Shown here piece after piece: positions 35,194 to 44,251 of a DNA stretch of 64,000 nt. The DNA lies in the NCBI GenBank assembly GCA_963801815.1, contig CAWDGJ010000002.1, positions 320,001 through 384,000 of the forward strand. Direction: 5' to 3'. Every line of letters starts with the position of its first letter. Within the stretch, counting starts at the first letter, position 1. The notes beneath the pieces were generated by a model. The model ran no database searches. It was not told where the DNA came from and saw nothing but the letters and a program-made list of their open reading frames with translations. Origin of the DNA: an uncultured Verrucomicrobiae bacterium (lineage in GTDB: Bacteria; Verrucomicrobiota; Verrucomicrobiia; Chthoniobacterales; UBA10450). The translations under genes were made by a program, and so were the position numbers.

Positions 35194-35805
35194 ATGGCCA
35201 CCGCAAAAAAGAAAAAAGTTACCGCTAAGAAAGCTGCCAGGAAGCCGGCACGGAAAATTTCTGCCAAAAAAGCGAGCGCCAGCCCGCGCGAGGCATTGAT
35301 CACCAGGAATAATCACGAGAAAAAGCTGTCACCTTTCATTCGCAAACAGAAGGACAAGCTCCTTCAACTGCGCGATGCCATGGTTGATTCCATGGCCGGC
35401 GTTGCGCAGGACACGCTGCGTTCACGCGCAGAAGGCAGTGAAGCGTCCGCATTTGGAATGCACCAGGCGGACGCTGGTTCCGACGCCTACGATCGCGATT
35501 TCGCGCTCAGCCTGCTTTCACAGGAACAGGATGCCCTTTATGAGATCGATCAGGCCCTCAAGCGGATCGAGGTCGGGACATATGGAGTTTGCGAGATGTC
35601 GGGTAAGCCAATCCCGCACGCGCGTTTGGAAGCGATCCCGTTTGCTCGATTCACGGTTGAATGCCAATCCCAGCTCGAGAAGCAGAGCAAGGCTTCGCGC
35701 GTCCGGCAATCGGTCACCTCGCTGTTCGGACTGACCGAAGACGAAGGCGGCGAAGGCGAAGCCGAAGAATCTGAAGCCACGCCCGCGCCCGAATCGAAGG
35801 AGTAA
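35194..35805 (+). CDS. dksA: DksA/TraR-family protein
   Basis: Lys/Ala-rich N-terminus, H.AD.GSD.YDR, EID.AL.RI..GTYG.CE..G.PI...RLEAIP. Confidence 0.9.
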   Translation: MATAKKKKVTAKKAARKPARKISAKKASASPREALITRNNHEKKLSPFIRKQKDKLLQLRDAMVDSMAGVAQDTLRSRAEGSEASAFGMHQADAGSDAYDRDFALSLLSQEQDALYEIDQALKRIEVGTYGVCEMSGKPIPHARLEAIPFARFTVECQSQLEKQSKASRVRQSVTSLFGLTEDEGGEGEAEESEATPAPESKE

Positions 35806-35810
35806 CGGAC

Positions 35811-35984
35811 ATGGCCCAGGAAATTATCACCCTCGAGTGCACGGAAGCGAAAGCGCTGGGCAAACCGGTATCGCGCTACATGACCACGCGGAACAAGAAG
35901 AGCCCGCGCACCCCGAACCGGCTCGAGAAAAAGAAATACAACCCGCATCTGCGGAAGCACACGCTCCATCGCGAAACCAAGTAA
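35811..35984 (+). CDS. rpmG: 50S ribosomal protein L33 (absent from the ORF track, 57 aa)
   Basis: Manual translation: [57 protein letters not shown]. Confidence 0.95.
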   Translation: MAQEIITLECTEAKALGKPVSRYMTTRNKKSPRTPNRLEKKKYNPHLRKHTLHRETK

Positions 35985-35988
35985 TTTC

Positions 35989-36228
35989 ATGCAACCCAAG
36001 ACCGCCAAACGCCGTTCCGCATTTCGCCGCGCCAACCGGGCCATGCCCCGGCGCCGAATCGACATCTCAATCGAAGCGATCGATTACAAGAATCCCGACC
36101 TGCTGAAGAAGTTCGTGACCGAGAGCGGGAAGATTCTTCCCCGTCGCGTGACCGGAATGCCGGCGCATCTCCACCGCAAAATCACTCGCGAGATCAAACG
36201 CAGCCGGTCCGTGCTGCTGATGAAATAG
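35989..36228 (+). CDS. rpsR: 30S ribosomal protein S18
   Basis: [26 protein letters not shown]. Confidence 0.97.
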   Translation: MQPKTAKRRSAFRRANRAMPRRRIDISIEAIDYKNPDLLKKFVTESGKILPRRVTGMPAHLHRKITREIKRSRSVLLMK

Positions 36229-36251
36229 CGCTCGATCGCGCGCAATACTTT

Positions 36252-36371
36252 TGTAGGAGACGCTGTTAGCGTCTCATGGGAAGCCGGCGGCTTCCCATAC
36301 AGTTCTAGAGGCGCTCGTCGCGGCGAGCGCCTATCTATTAATTCGGTGCTTGAGAACAAGCACCGCTACAA
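36252..36371. repeat. Two adjacent GTAG-type REP doublets
   Basis: tgtaggagacgctgttagcgtctc-atgggaagccggcggcttcccataca and tagaggcgctcgtcgcggcgagcgcct...cggtgcttgagaacaagcaccgctacaa. Confidence 0.8.
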
Positions 36372-36455
36372 CGCTGTTACTTCTTTTGACTGACGACGAT
36401 GCGATGACAGCGCACCAGCGAGGTAACCGATCAAAAGGGATATTCCGATCCTCTT

Positions 36456-36818
36456 CTACGCCTTCCGCGTCTTCTTGCCTTCGTCGATCAGTTTCCAGAA
36501 TTCGCGGGTCTTGCCGAGGGCCTGGTCTTCCGAGCCCGGAAGTTTTGAGCGGAAAAGGAAATCGCGAAACGTGTTCTTGTGCAGAACGCGATGAATCGTG
36601 ATTCCTTCCGGCATTTGCTCGAAATAGATCCGGTAATCTTTGGCGCGGTAACGATATAATTTTTTTCCTTCGCGTTCGATCACGCCGAAGTGCTTCGCGT
36701 CGAGCCGATCGAGATCTTCGGGTAGAATTTGAAACTCAGCCAGCAAATCGAGCTGCATCTTCTTTGGCAATGCCGACATCTCGGCCGCGCTCAGCTCGTT
36801 GAAAATGATCTGGAACAT
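36456..36818 (-). CDS. RelE/ParE-fold-like protein without adjacent antitoxin
   Basis: F.I.F...A..E...LP...Q, LYRYR..DYRIYF....I.I.RV.H pattern. Confidence 0.7.
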   Translation of the reverse strand: MFQIIFNELSAAEMSALPKKMQLDLLAEFQILPEDLDRLDAKHFGVIEREGKKLYRYRAKDYRIYFEQMPEGITIHRVLHKNTFRDFLFRSKLPGSEDQALGKTREFWKLIDEGKKTRKA

Positions 36819-36871
36819 CAAGAAGAAGTGATGAGTGACCTGTGACCTGTGACAAGCATTTTAACTCGAAA

Positions 36872-37960
36872 TCAAACGAACACTCGTTTAACCCGTTGGC
36901 CAATTCTTGTCGTAATTTCCCAAGTGATGGTGCCGGCTTTGTCCGCCAGCTCGATACACGGGATTTCGGCGTCGCCCTGGCGGCCCATTAACACGACTTC
37001 GGCGCCAGCATCGGCATCGGCGATGTGCGAAACATCAATCACCATCAAATCCATCGTCACGCGGCCGAGCAACGGGCATCGCTTGCCGCGAACCAACATT
37101 TCCGCGCCGCGATTGGAAAGATGTCGCGGATAACCGTCAGCATAACCGGCAGTCAATGTGGCAACTCGCATTGCGCTCGACGTGATGAACGTCCGACCGT
37201 AACTGATCGAAGCCCCTTTCGGCATACCACGGATCAACCCGATCCGAGTTTTCCAGGTCATGGCCGGTTTGAGCAGGTTTTGAAACTCGGGCAGAGGCGA
37301 AATTCCATAGAGAACCATTCCCGCGCGCACGATTTCGTCCACCGTTTCGCTGAACGCGAGTGTGCCCGCGCTTTGCAAGACGTGGGCTTTATAAGCGCCC
37401 GGAACCGTCGCGCGCATTTGCTGCACGATTTTACGAAACCGAACCAGCTCATCGCGCGTGTAGTCAGGATCGACATCGGAAACCGGCAGGTGTGTCGAAA
37501 CGCTGTGGATGTCGATCTTCGGCAATGTTGCGACACGTTTGAAAATTTCCGGCGCTTCTTGTTCGACCGCGCCCATTCGTCCCATTCCGGTATCGACTTT
37601 GAAATTGATCGACGTCTTACCGATGCGATCGAAGGCTGTCGCTTCGTCGAACGTGGAAATTGTCGGGATGAACCCGCGCTCGACGATGGTTGGCATTTCT
37701 TCTGGAAGCGAGGGGCCGAGGATGATCACTGGGAGATGAAATTTTTCTCGAAGCGCGAGCGCCTCCTCCAGATTCGCAACCCCGAATAGCTGAACATCGT
37801 TCGCGAGAGCTTCAGCGACGCCCATCAATCCGTGGCCGTAGGCGTTCGCTTTCACTACCGCGAGCATCTCGGCCTTACCGATCCGTTCGCGCACGATCTT
37901 CGCGTTGTGACGCAACGCACCACGATCGATCTCAGCCCAGCAACGATAATTCGGCGTCAT
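36872..37960 (-). CDS. alr: Alanine racemase
   Basis: AVVKANAYGHG (PLP Lys), KVDTGMGR.G, ISYG, GYADG, GRVTMD. Confidence 0.97.
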   Translation of the reverse strand: MTPNYRCWAEIDRGALRHNAKIVRERIGKAEMLAVVKANAYGHGLMGVAEALANDVQLFGVANLEEALALREKFHLPVIILGPSLPEEMPTIVERGFIPTISTFDEATAFDRIGKTSINFKVDTGMGRMGAVEQEAPEIFKRVATLPKIDIHSVSTHLPVSDVDPDYTRDELVRFRKIVQQMRATVPGAYKAHVLQSAGTLAFSETVDEIVRAGMVLYGISPLPEFQNLLKPAMTWKTRIGLIRGMPKGASISYGRTFITSSAMRVATLTAGYADGYPRHLSNRGAEMLVRGKRCPLLGRVTMDLMVIDVSHIADADAGAEVVLMGRQGDAEIPCIELADKAGTITWEITTRIGQRVKRVFV

Positions 37961-38655
37961 TTCTTCGGAATCGTAATGTGCGGCTCGCGCAAATACATTG
38001 GCTCCAACGGGGGTTGCGAGAAATTCCGCCCCGCTTCTCCGACCAGGCTGGCCAATACCTTCGCTGAAGGAAAACGAAGCTCGGGCCGCTCGAATTGCGG
38101 AAGTTTCTCGGTCGTGAAGATCCGCATCGTGCGTTCGAGCTTATCCAGTTTTTCGCGCAATTCACCTTCGGTCATCAAATCCGGGCCTTCGATCAGATTA
38201 TTGTCGCGAATTGCAGCGAAGAAAAAGGTCTGACGCCGCGCGTCGCCGATCACGCAATATTCCTTCTTGTCGCAATCGATCGCACAGATCGATGGGAAAC
38301 CAATCAGGCGGATGGAGGGACGACCTCCGTGTCGTCCTTTATCGTTGGACGGGACAGAGCCCGTCCCTCCATAAGAAAGCCCGATTGCGGCTGAAATTGC
38401 GATCCGGGTTCCCGCGTAGGAGCCGGGGCCGAGTCCAACGATAATTGTGTCAGTCTTTCCAAATTGTTTGCGCACCTCAGTTAAATGTTCGAAGAACGGA
38501 CCGGAATTCTTTCGATCATTCGGCCACTCGCGATCGAATAGAAGATCGGTCGGCGAGGGCGCCGACCGTCGCACGCGAGGGCGCGTGCGCTCCCCAGAAT
38601 CGAACAACGCGAGACTTCCTTGCCCACTGGAAAGTTCGAGGGCGAGAATTTTCAT
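37957..38655 (-). CDS. tsaB: tRNA threonylcarbamoyladenosine biosynthesis protein TsaB (two in-frame repeat insertions)
   Basis: MKILALE.S, GLGPGSYAG.RI, DARR, EP.YLR. Confidence 0.9.
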   Translation of the reverse strand: MKILALELSSGQGSLALFDSGERTRPRVRRSAPSPTDLLFDREWPNDRKNSGPFFEHLTEVRKQFGKTDTIIVGLGPGSYAGTRIAISAAIGLSYGGTGSVPSNDKGRHGGRPSIRLIGFPSICAIDCDKKEYCVIGDARRQTFFFAAIRDNNLIEGPDLMTEGELREKLDKLERTMRIFTTEKLPQFERPELRFPSAKVLASLVGEAGRNFSQPPLEPMYLREPHITIPKK

Positions 38656-38696
38656 TTGGTATAACTTGCTGACTTCAACGGGATTTTGCGCAGACA

Positions 38697-38835
38697 ATAG
38701 CCCAGCGTTTTAACGCTGGGTAACCGCGCCTCACCATTCGATCCAGTCCCGTTAGGGACGGCAGAACTCTCTTTCGTCCTGCGTGGACTCGATATTTGTA
38801 GCATCTTTAATCCCAGCGCTGAAGCGCTGGGCTAT
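38697..38835. repeat. Composite palindromic element with AGCCCAGCG...CGCTGGG terminal hairpins
   Basis: atagcccagcgttttaacgctggg ... gtcccgttagggac ... cccagcgctgaagcgctgggctat. Confidence 0.8.
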
Positions 38836-38862
38836 CGCCAGAAACAGCAGGCGGGAGAATTT

Positions 38863-39276
38863 TCATTTGGTCGTAATCGCGCGTTGCGTCTCAGATTTCG
38901 TTTCAAACGAGATCCAACGAGCGGTTTTCGGAATCAAGTCCGAAAACCGATCCGCCCATTCGATGATCGACACGCCGTCGCCGAAAAAATATTCATCCAG
39001 CCCGAGTCGCTCGACCGAGTGACGATCTTCAAGTCGAAAAAAATCGAAGTGATAAATCGGCAGGCGTCCGCCGGAATACTCGTGAATCAGCGTGAACGTT
39101 GGACTGGTCGCAGTTGTTTTCGCCCCAAAGCCCGCGACCAAGCCTTTCACGAACTGGGTTTTGCCACTACCGAGGTCGCCCGTCAGCGCGAGAACGTCAC
39201 CGGCTTTCACAGTCCTCGCGATCTGGCACCCGAACGATTCGGTTTCGTCCGGGCTATTGGAAATGAACGTAGCCAC
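38863..39276 (-). CDS. tsaE: tRNA threonylcarbamoyladenosine biosynthesis ATPase TsaE
   Basis: GDLGSGKT, SPTFTL, H.D.FRL, IEWA. Confidence 0.96.
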   Translation of the reverse strand: MATFISNSPDETESFGCQIARTVKAGDVLALTGDLGSGKTQFVKGLVAGFGAKTTATSPTFTLIHEYSGGRLPIYHFDFFRLEDRHSVERLGLDEYFFGDGVSIIEWADRFSDLIPKTARWISFETKSETQRAITTK

Positions 39277-40135
39277 GCGGAAGAAGTTCAGAGTTGAGAA
39301 TTGAGAGTTGAGAGAAGCAACCGATGCGCGTCAGCTGAACTTTGGGGAATTTTTTGCGCCAGGTGCGTTGAAGTCGTGCGCGGTCGCGCGGTGAGATAGC
39401 GAAAAGAAGTTCGTAATCCTCGCCGTCCGAAACGGCGTTGTTGATTGTTGCGCCAGCGGCGAGCGGCAATGCGTTCCTGTCGATCTTGAAGCCGACCTTG
39501 CTGGCCTTCGCTAAACGCGGGAGATCAGCGCCAAGACCATCGCTTAAATCCATCATCGCGTGAATGTGAAAATTCTTGGTGAGCCAGCGCGACTCATTGA
39601 TGCGCGGGACAAATCGCAGATGCTTTCCCCGCAACGAACCGCCAAGGCGTCCAGTAACGAAAAGATCGTCGCCTTTTTTTCCGCCGGCGCGCGAAACCCG
39701 GCGACCTCGTTCAACGAAACCCGACACGCTGACCGAAATGACAGCCGGTCCGCGGATGGCGCTGGTTTCGCCACCCACGATCGCGACATCGAATTTCGAC
39801 GCGGCGCGCTTCAAACTCCGATAGAGCTTCTTGACCCACGCTGTCGATCTTGTCGCGGGAACAATCAGCGTAATGAGCGCGAACTGCGGAATCCCCGACA
39901 CCGCGGCGAAATCACTCAGCGGCCGCATCATTGCTTTCGAGCCGACCAACTCGGGATCGCTCGAAGTTCTAAAATGGATTTTCTCGACCACGCAATCCGT
40001 TTTGAGCACGAGGAGGTTCTTCGCTCCGCGAAACGCAACGACCGCGCAATCATCGCCAATGACCTCGCGCGAACTGGGCAGTTCACGCAGCATCAACGCG
40101 AGCAGCGCGTTCTCACCGACACTGCTCAGTTTCAT
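39254..40135 (-). CDS. thiL: Thiamine-phosphate kinase
   Basis: GDDCA, SDFAA..G.P, GGET, MDLSDGL..DL, GEDYELL. Start moved to 40135. Confidence 0.93.
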   Translation of the reverse strand: MKLSSVGENALLALMLRELPSSREVIGDDCAVVAFRGAKNLLVLKTDCVVEKIHFRTSSDPELVGSKAMMRPLSDFAAVSGIPQFALITLIVPATRSTAWVKKLYRSLKRAASKFDVAIVGGETSAIRGPAVISVSVSGFVERGRRVSRAGGKKGDDLFVTGRLGGSLRGKHLRFVPRINESRWLTKNFHIHAMMDLSDGLGADLPRLAKASKVGFKIDRNALPLAAGATINNAVSDGEDYELLFAISPRDRARLQRTWRKKFPKVQLTRIGCFSQLSILNSELLPRGYVHFQ

Positions 40136-40956
40136 TGCTGACTCAGTTCGGGAAACGCGAGAAAGATCAGCTGGGTTCCATTGAAAAGAGCGTGCATCGC
40201 CATCGAAACAAGGATCGACCCGCTCCATTCGTAGGCAAGGGTGAAACAACTGCCGAGGACGAACAATGGCGCGGCTGACGGCAGATGAGTATGCGCGGCC
40301 GCGAAGATCACAGCGTTGAAAACGAGCCCGACGGCGACGCCGAAGTAGCGACGCAGCACGCCGTAAATGAAAAATCGAAAAATGAATTCCTCGGAAATCG
40401 GCGCAACGACTACAGCCAAAACAATGATTGTGACTCTCTGTTCGATCGTCCGCGAGTTGGTAAACAGATCGACAATCTCTTGCTTGCTCGATTCACCACC
40501 GAGAAACGTTTGGGTCAAGCCTTCCGCGAGCAGAATCAACGGGGTCGCCGCGAGCAGGAGCACGATCGCTGTGCTAACCGCGCGTTTCAGGCTGGTCTTG
40601 GAAAATCCGGCTATCGTCTCAATGTCGATCCCGCGCACCTTCAAAACCGTCGCGATGAAAAAGACGACGAACAGCGTCACCATAAAATTCGCGACCAAAT
40701 CACGATTGTTTAATTGAACCGGCGAACGTCCAGCGGCGGCCGCGATATTCATCAAAAGAAACAAGATCAGAACCGCAGCCAGGAACGCCTCGAGCAATCC
40801 AAACGTCCGGACCGGTGGAGTATCGTTTGCCGGCGTCACTTGTGACTTTCTCGTGCTGATTTGACGGATCAGTGTCAGATAAATCGCGAGCCCGGCGACA
40901 ACGAGCAGGCCTACAACAAGATTTGCAAGCGCGCTGGAGAAGGCACTCGAAAGCAT
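40132..40956 (-). CDS. CPBP (Abi/CAAX) intramembrane metalloprotease
   Basis: AP..EE..FR, F...H, H...N motifs. Confidence 0.92.
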   Translation of the reverse strand: MLSSAFSSALANLVVGLLVVAGLAIYLTLIRQISTRKSQVTPANDTPPVRTFGLLEAFLAAVLILFLLMNIAAAAGRSPVQLNNRDLVANFMVTLFVVFFIATVLKVRGIDIETIAGFSKTSLKRAVSTAIVLLLAATPLILLAEGLTQTFLGGESSKQEIVDLFTNSRTIEQRVTIIVLAVVVAPISEEFIFRFFIYGVLRRYFGVAVGLVFNAVIFAAAHTHLPSAAPLFVLGSCFTLAYEWSGSILVSMAMHALFNGTQLIFLAFPELSQQ

Positions 40957-40966
40957 TTCGTTCGAG

Positions 40967-41974
40967 CTACGGAGCGTAAAAGCTCGGCAGAAAATAAGCG
41001 CGTCCGGTCTCGAGCTTCGGCACGAGTTGTTTCGGTAACTCGAGCTCGATCTTCGAATCTCCGACCTGGCCGAAAGCACGGAAGAACCGGAAGAGATTAA
41101 AAGGCGGCCCGTATTTCACAACGGTTGCATCGGGCGCGTTACCAAGCTGTTTAGCCTTGGTGTAGGCATCTTCAATTTGACCGAGACCGTCGATCAGTTT
41201 GGCGTTCAAAGCGTCCTTGCCGGAAAGAATTCGGCCGTCGGCAATTGTGTTGCGCAGCATATCGGCCGGCAGACGGCGTTCTTTCGAAACAACGCTGAGA
41301 AATTTGTCGTAAGTCTGCATCACGAAACTCTGGATCAGATCGCGCTCTTCCGGCGTCATCGGACGGGCGCCGTTCAAGATGTCTTTGAATTTGCCGCTCT
41401 TAAAAACAACGGAGGCCAGTCCAATTTTGTTGAAGAGTTGCTCGTAGTTCAAAGTCTGGATGATCACGCCGATGCTCCCGGTGATTGTCGTTTCGTTGGC
41501 CATTAAATATTTCCCGCCACAGGAGACGTAATACCCTCCGGAAGCCGCCAGCGAATCCATGTATATGACCACCGGTTTTCTCGCGCGCGTTTTTGCGACG
41601 GCATTGTAAATTTGGTCAGCGGCTGTGACCTCGCCGCCCGGCGAATCGATTTCCAGGACAATCGCTTTCACACGGTTGTCCTCTCGCGCTTGCTCTAAGG
41701 CCAGGCACATGTCGTCGACCATCGTTTCGCTCACGTTTCCGGGAATCGAACCGCTGATCAGGCCACGCATCGTAATCAACGCGATTCGGTCAGGCACCAG
41801 GCGTCCGCCGCGCTGGACCACGATCTCGCGAAACTTCGGCATCGGCTCTTCCAGTCGTACGCCAGTAGCGAAACCGCGGAACGCCACCATCGCCAGGATG
41901 AAGTTGACGAACACGCTGATGCAGAGCGCCACGAACAAAAAAATACTGAGACAGCCAAGTTTGCGATCAGCCAT
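40967..41974 (-). CDS. sppA: Signal peptide peptidase SppA (36K type)
   Basis: IDSPGG, AASGGYY, TGSIGV, SGKFKD. Confidence 0.95.
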   Translation of the reverse strand: MADRKLGCLSIFLFVALCISVFVNFILAMVAFRGFATGVRLEEPMPKFREIVVQRGGRLVPDRIALITMRGLISGSIPGNVSETMVDDMCLALEQAREDNRVKAIVLEIDSPGGEVTAADQIYNAVAKTRARKPVVIYMDSLAASGGYYVSCGGKYLMANETTITGSIGVIIQTLNYEQLFNKIGLASVVFKSGKFKDILNGARPMTPEERDLIQSFVMQTYDKFLSVVSKERRLPADMLRNTIADGRILSGKDALNAKLIDGLGQIEDAYTKAKQLGNAPDATVVKYGPPFNLFRFFRAFGQVGDSKIELELPKQLVPKLETGRAYFLPSFYAP

Positions 41975-42081
41975 AGGAGTGCGGGCTTGAAACTGGCGGA
42001 GAACCAGTGTGGGCACAAGCGGTTTTCAACAGGCGTAAAAGGGGGTCGCAAACGCGTTACCAGAATGTTACAGGCCGGGTT

Positions 42082-42110
42082 TTGCCAGAGGTAGATGGGC
42101 GCTCTACGGT
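42082..42110 (+). promoter_or_regulatory. Putative sigma70 promoter
   Basis: TTGCCA-17 nt-TACGGT upstream of a small basic ORF. Confidence 0.4.
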
Positions 42111-42137
42111 TTGCTGGCAAGGAAGCTGCTCGGGGAT

Positions 42138-42404
42138 ATGGAGAATATAGGAAATTCTCAGAATTATATGAATAGCAGTGGACATCTCCCAGTCAGCGAA
42201 ACAGCGGCCAGACGTGTTAAGAAAGTCAAAGGGCATAAACGCTCCAAGGGTCGCGGGCGCAATGGGAAGACCGGCGCGCAAGCTCGTCATGAATACGACA
42301 CGAACATGGCCGCGGCCGGAACACTCACCCGGACCAAGGCGCTGCTACTGGCCGCGCTTCGAGTTTGGGAGCTTAAACACCGCGTCCAGGATCGGGAACC
42401 CTAA
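42138..42404 (+). CDS. Small basic hypothetical protein
   Basis: Fills the gap between sppA and a convergent gene. Candidate promoter upstream. No recognisable motif. Confidence 0.45.
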   Translation: MENIGNSQNYMNSSGHLPVSETAARRVKKVKGHKRSKGRGRNGKTGAQARHEYDTNMAAAGTLTRTKALLLAALRVWELKHRVQDREP

Positions 42405-42429
42405 CGCGAAGGCAGAGCGTTCCAACGCT

Positions 42430-42918
42430 TCAACTTTTCGGTTCCACTTTGACGTAAATTTCAGGCGGGGCGGTCGGAAAGTATTTTAAAAGCGCCGGAC
42501 AAAGCCAGCCCTCCATTTTGAACTCGTTGCTGTAATACCAGTTCCCGCCGGATTCTTCACGTCGCCACTCGAGTTTGAAATCTGACCCGGGAAACTGTCG
42601 CGCGCTGAAGACCGCGCGAAATCCTTTCTCGGCGTCTGGAATTTTCGCCACCGCTTTGTCAATCATTGTATCGATGCCGGCAATGAACGGCTCGCGAAAT
42701 AAACCGGCGGCCGGATCATCAAACACCCACGCCCCTTGATATTTGTACGGCGCGATAACCATCAGCGCATTCATGTCACGAACCGTTCGCGTTTGTTGCG
42801 CCGGATGCAACTTCGCGAAGGCGACGAGCGCGCCAACGGCCACAAGCACAATTCCAAGGGAAATCCAAATCGAGAACTTCTCCATTTGTATCATTAGACA
42901 TCTCCGTCCGGCTTTCAT
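42430..42918 (-). CDS. DUF6717-like protein (start uncertain)
   Basis: I.PYKY.G.WVFDD...GL.REPF..G.D.MID ... F.A..FPG ... G.WY ... EGWLCPALLKYF. Confidence 0.75.
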   Translation of the reverse strand: MKAGRRCLMIQMEKFSIWISLGIVLVAVGALVAFAKLHPAQQTRTVRDMNALMVIAPYKYQGAWVFDDPAAGLFREPFIAGIDTMIDKAVAKIPDAEKGFRAVFSARQFPGSDFKLEWRREESGGNWYYSNEFKMEGWLCPALLKYFPTAPPEIYVKVEPKS

Positions 42919-42952
42919 TCAGGACGAAAATCAGTAATATTCGCGGCAATTT

Positions 42953-42993
42953 TGCGCCCGTAGCTCAGCCGGATAGAGCAACGGATTTCTAAT
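42953..42993 (+). repeat. att-like 41-bp direct repeat: truncated 5' half of tRNA-Arg
   Basis: tgcgcccgtagctcagccggatagagcaacggatttctaat is identical to 46175-46215 and breaks off just after the anticodon loop. Confidence 0.95.
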
Positions 42994-43279
42994 TGCCTAA
43001 CGAGTGTTTGCGCACATTTTCAATGCGTTGCATTGCGTGCGAATCATAGGAGAGCCTAACGAATTGGGTTTGCAGCGCGTTGCGCAGAATTGTGTGATTT
43101 TGCGGAAAAAAAATTCCAGACCGTAGGAGACGACCGCGAATCACTTTGCGCGGCTTGACCACTGAAATTGCTTTACCAAGAGCCGTTTTTTCGCCATCTC
43201 TTGTGACTTGTTAGTGTTTCAGCCGGTGGGCCTGCCAATTGGCAGGCCCGCTGTGCTCTGCCGCCCCGCAATAAGCAAT

Positions 43280-44251
43280 CTAAAACTTGGCCGCAAGCAC
43301 CCAGTCGCGCCACGGCACCTGATAGACCAGTATAGCCCCGAAACAAATCACATAACCGGCGGCGATTCTGGGAAATTTCTCCTTCGCCAAAGTGAAACCC
43401 ATCACCCCCAGGATCCAGCCAAAACCGAAAACCGGAGCCGGAATATAAGTCGTGAAGATGAAGAACAGGAGAAGGATATGTGCGAGCACGTCCGTCACTG
43501 GCCGCCGGATGAGCAACAGCGAACCGATGAATAATTGAAGTGACAGATCCCACCACGTGAGAACCAACGCCGCGACGCGTGCCCGCTCCGAGCCCGGGAT
43601 TTGCAGCTCGTTTCCCTCGACTTGGGCAAACGGACTTCGAAGTAATGCGATTCGCTTTTGCACTGCGTCCGGCACTGAAGGGTCGATCCCGATTAGTTTA
43701 CCGAACGCGGTGAATCGCGAATCGACGTAGAGAAAATGCTCAAACATCTCGCCCGACCGATAACTGGACGAAGAGAGTTTCTGTGCACTCGCAGCAAGGA
43801 AGATAAAACAGAGAAAGAACCGGGCGTTAAACACGAGCGTTCGTCGCTGCTGCTTTGGATCAGCAAAAAGATGGGCGATAAACAGAACCCAGAGCCAATA
43901 AACCAGCAGGTACTTATGATTATCGGCCCCTTCCCAGTCGAGAACGATGACGACAGTTCCGGCAAGCGACAGCGCCAGCCAGAACTCCGCGGTGCGGATG
44001 GAGCGAGGATGCAGCACAAAAACGAGGAAACAGATTCGCGTTACTGTCTGGAAGACCCAGTGTTCGAAACCAAAGATCACCGCCAGCACCAACGTGAGTA
44101 GGCTTGCGACCTCAAGCAGATCGAGACCGTGCATGAATTCAACGAGTGCTTGGAACTGTGAAGCGCCGGGAAAACGTGCGGCGCTATTGGCAGATGAAGC
44201 ACAATGCCCTGTCGCGGCAACGGGCACTTCGTTCTCCGGTGGGCCGGTCAT
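43280..44251 (-). CDS. HTTM-domain (SdpB / vitamin K-dependent carboxylase-like) membrane protein
   Basis: Multi-TM; DNHKYL and F..A...KL.....SG motifs. Confidence 0.65.
   Translation of the reverse strand: MTGPPENEVPVAATGHCASSANSAARFPGASQFQALVEFMHGLDLLEVASLLTLVLAVIFGFEHWVFQTVTRICFLVFVLHPRSIRTAEFWLALSLAGTVVIVLDWEGADNHKYLLVYWLWVLFIAHLFADPKQQRRTLVFNARFFLCFIFLAASAQKLSSSSYRSGEMFEHFLYVDSRFTAFGKLIGIDPSVPDAVQKRIALLRSPFAQVEGNELQIPGSERARVAALVLTWWDLSLQLFIGSLLLIRRPVTDVLAHILLLFFIFTTYIPAPVFGFGWILGVMGFTLAKEKFPRIAAGYVICFGAILVYQVPWRDWVLAAKF

Noticed and set aside
42994..43050. SSV1-like reconstitution of an integrase reading frame across attP after excision
   Set aside because: Joining the ends gives MIRTQCNALKMCANTR*AIRNPLLYPAELRAHLLRHKSG, with an in-frame TAG. 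The catalytic domain is absent anyway.
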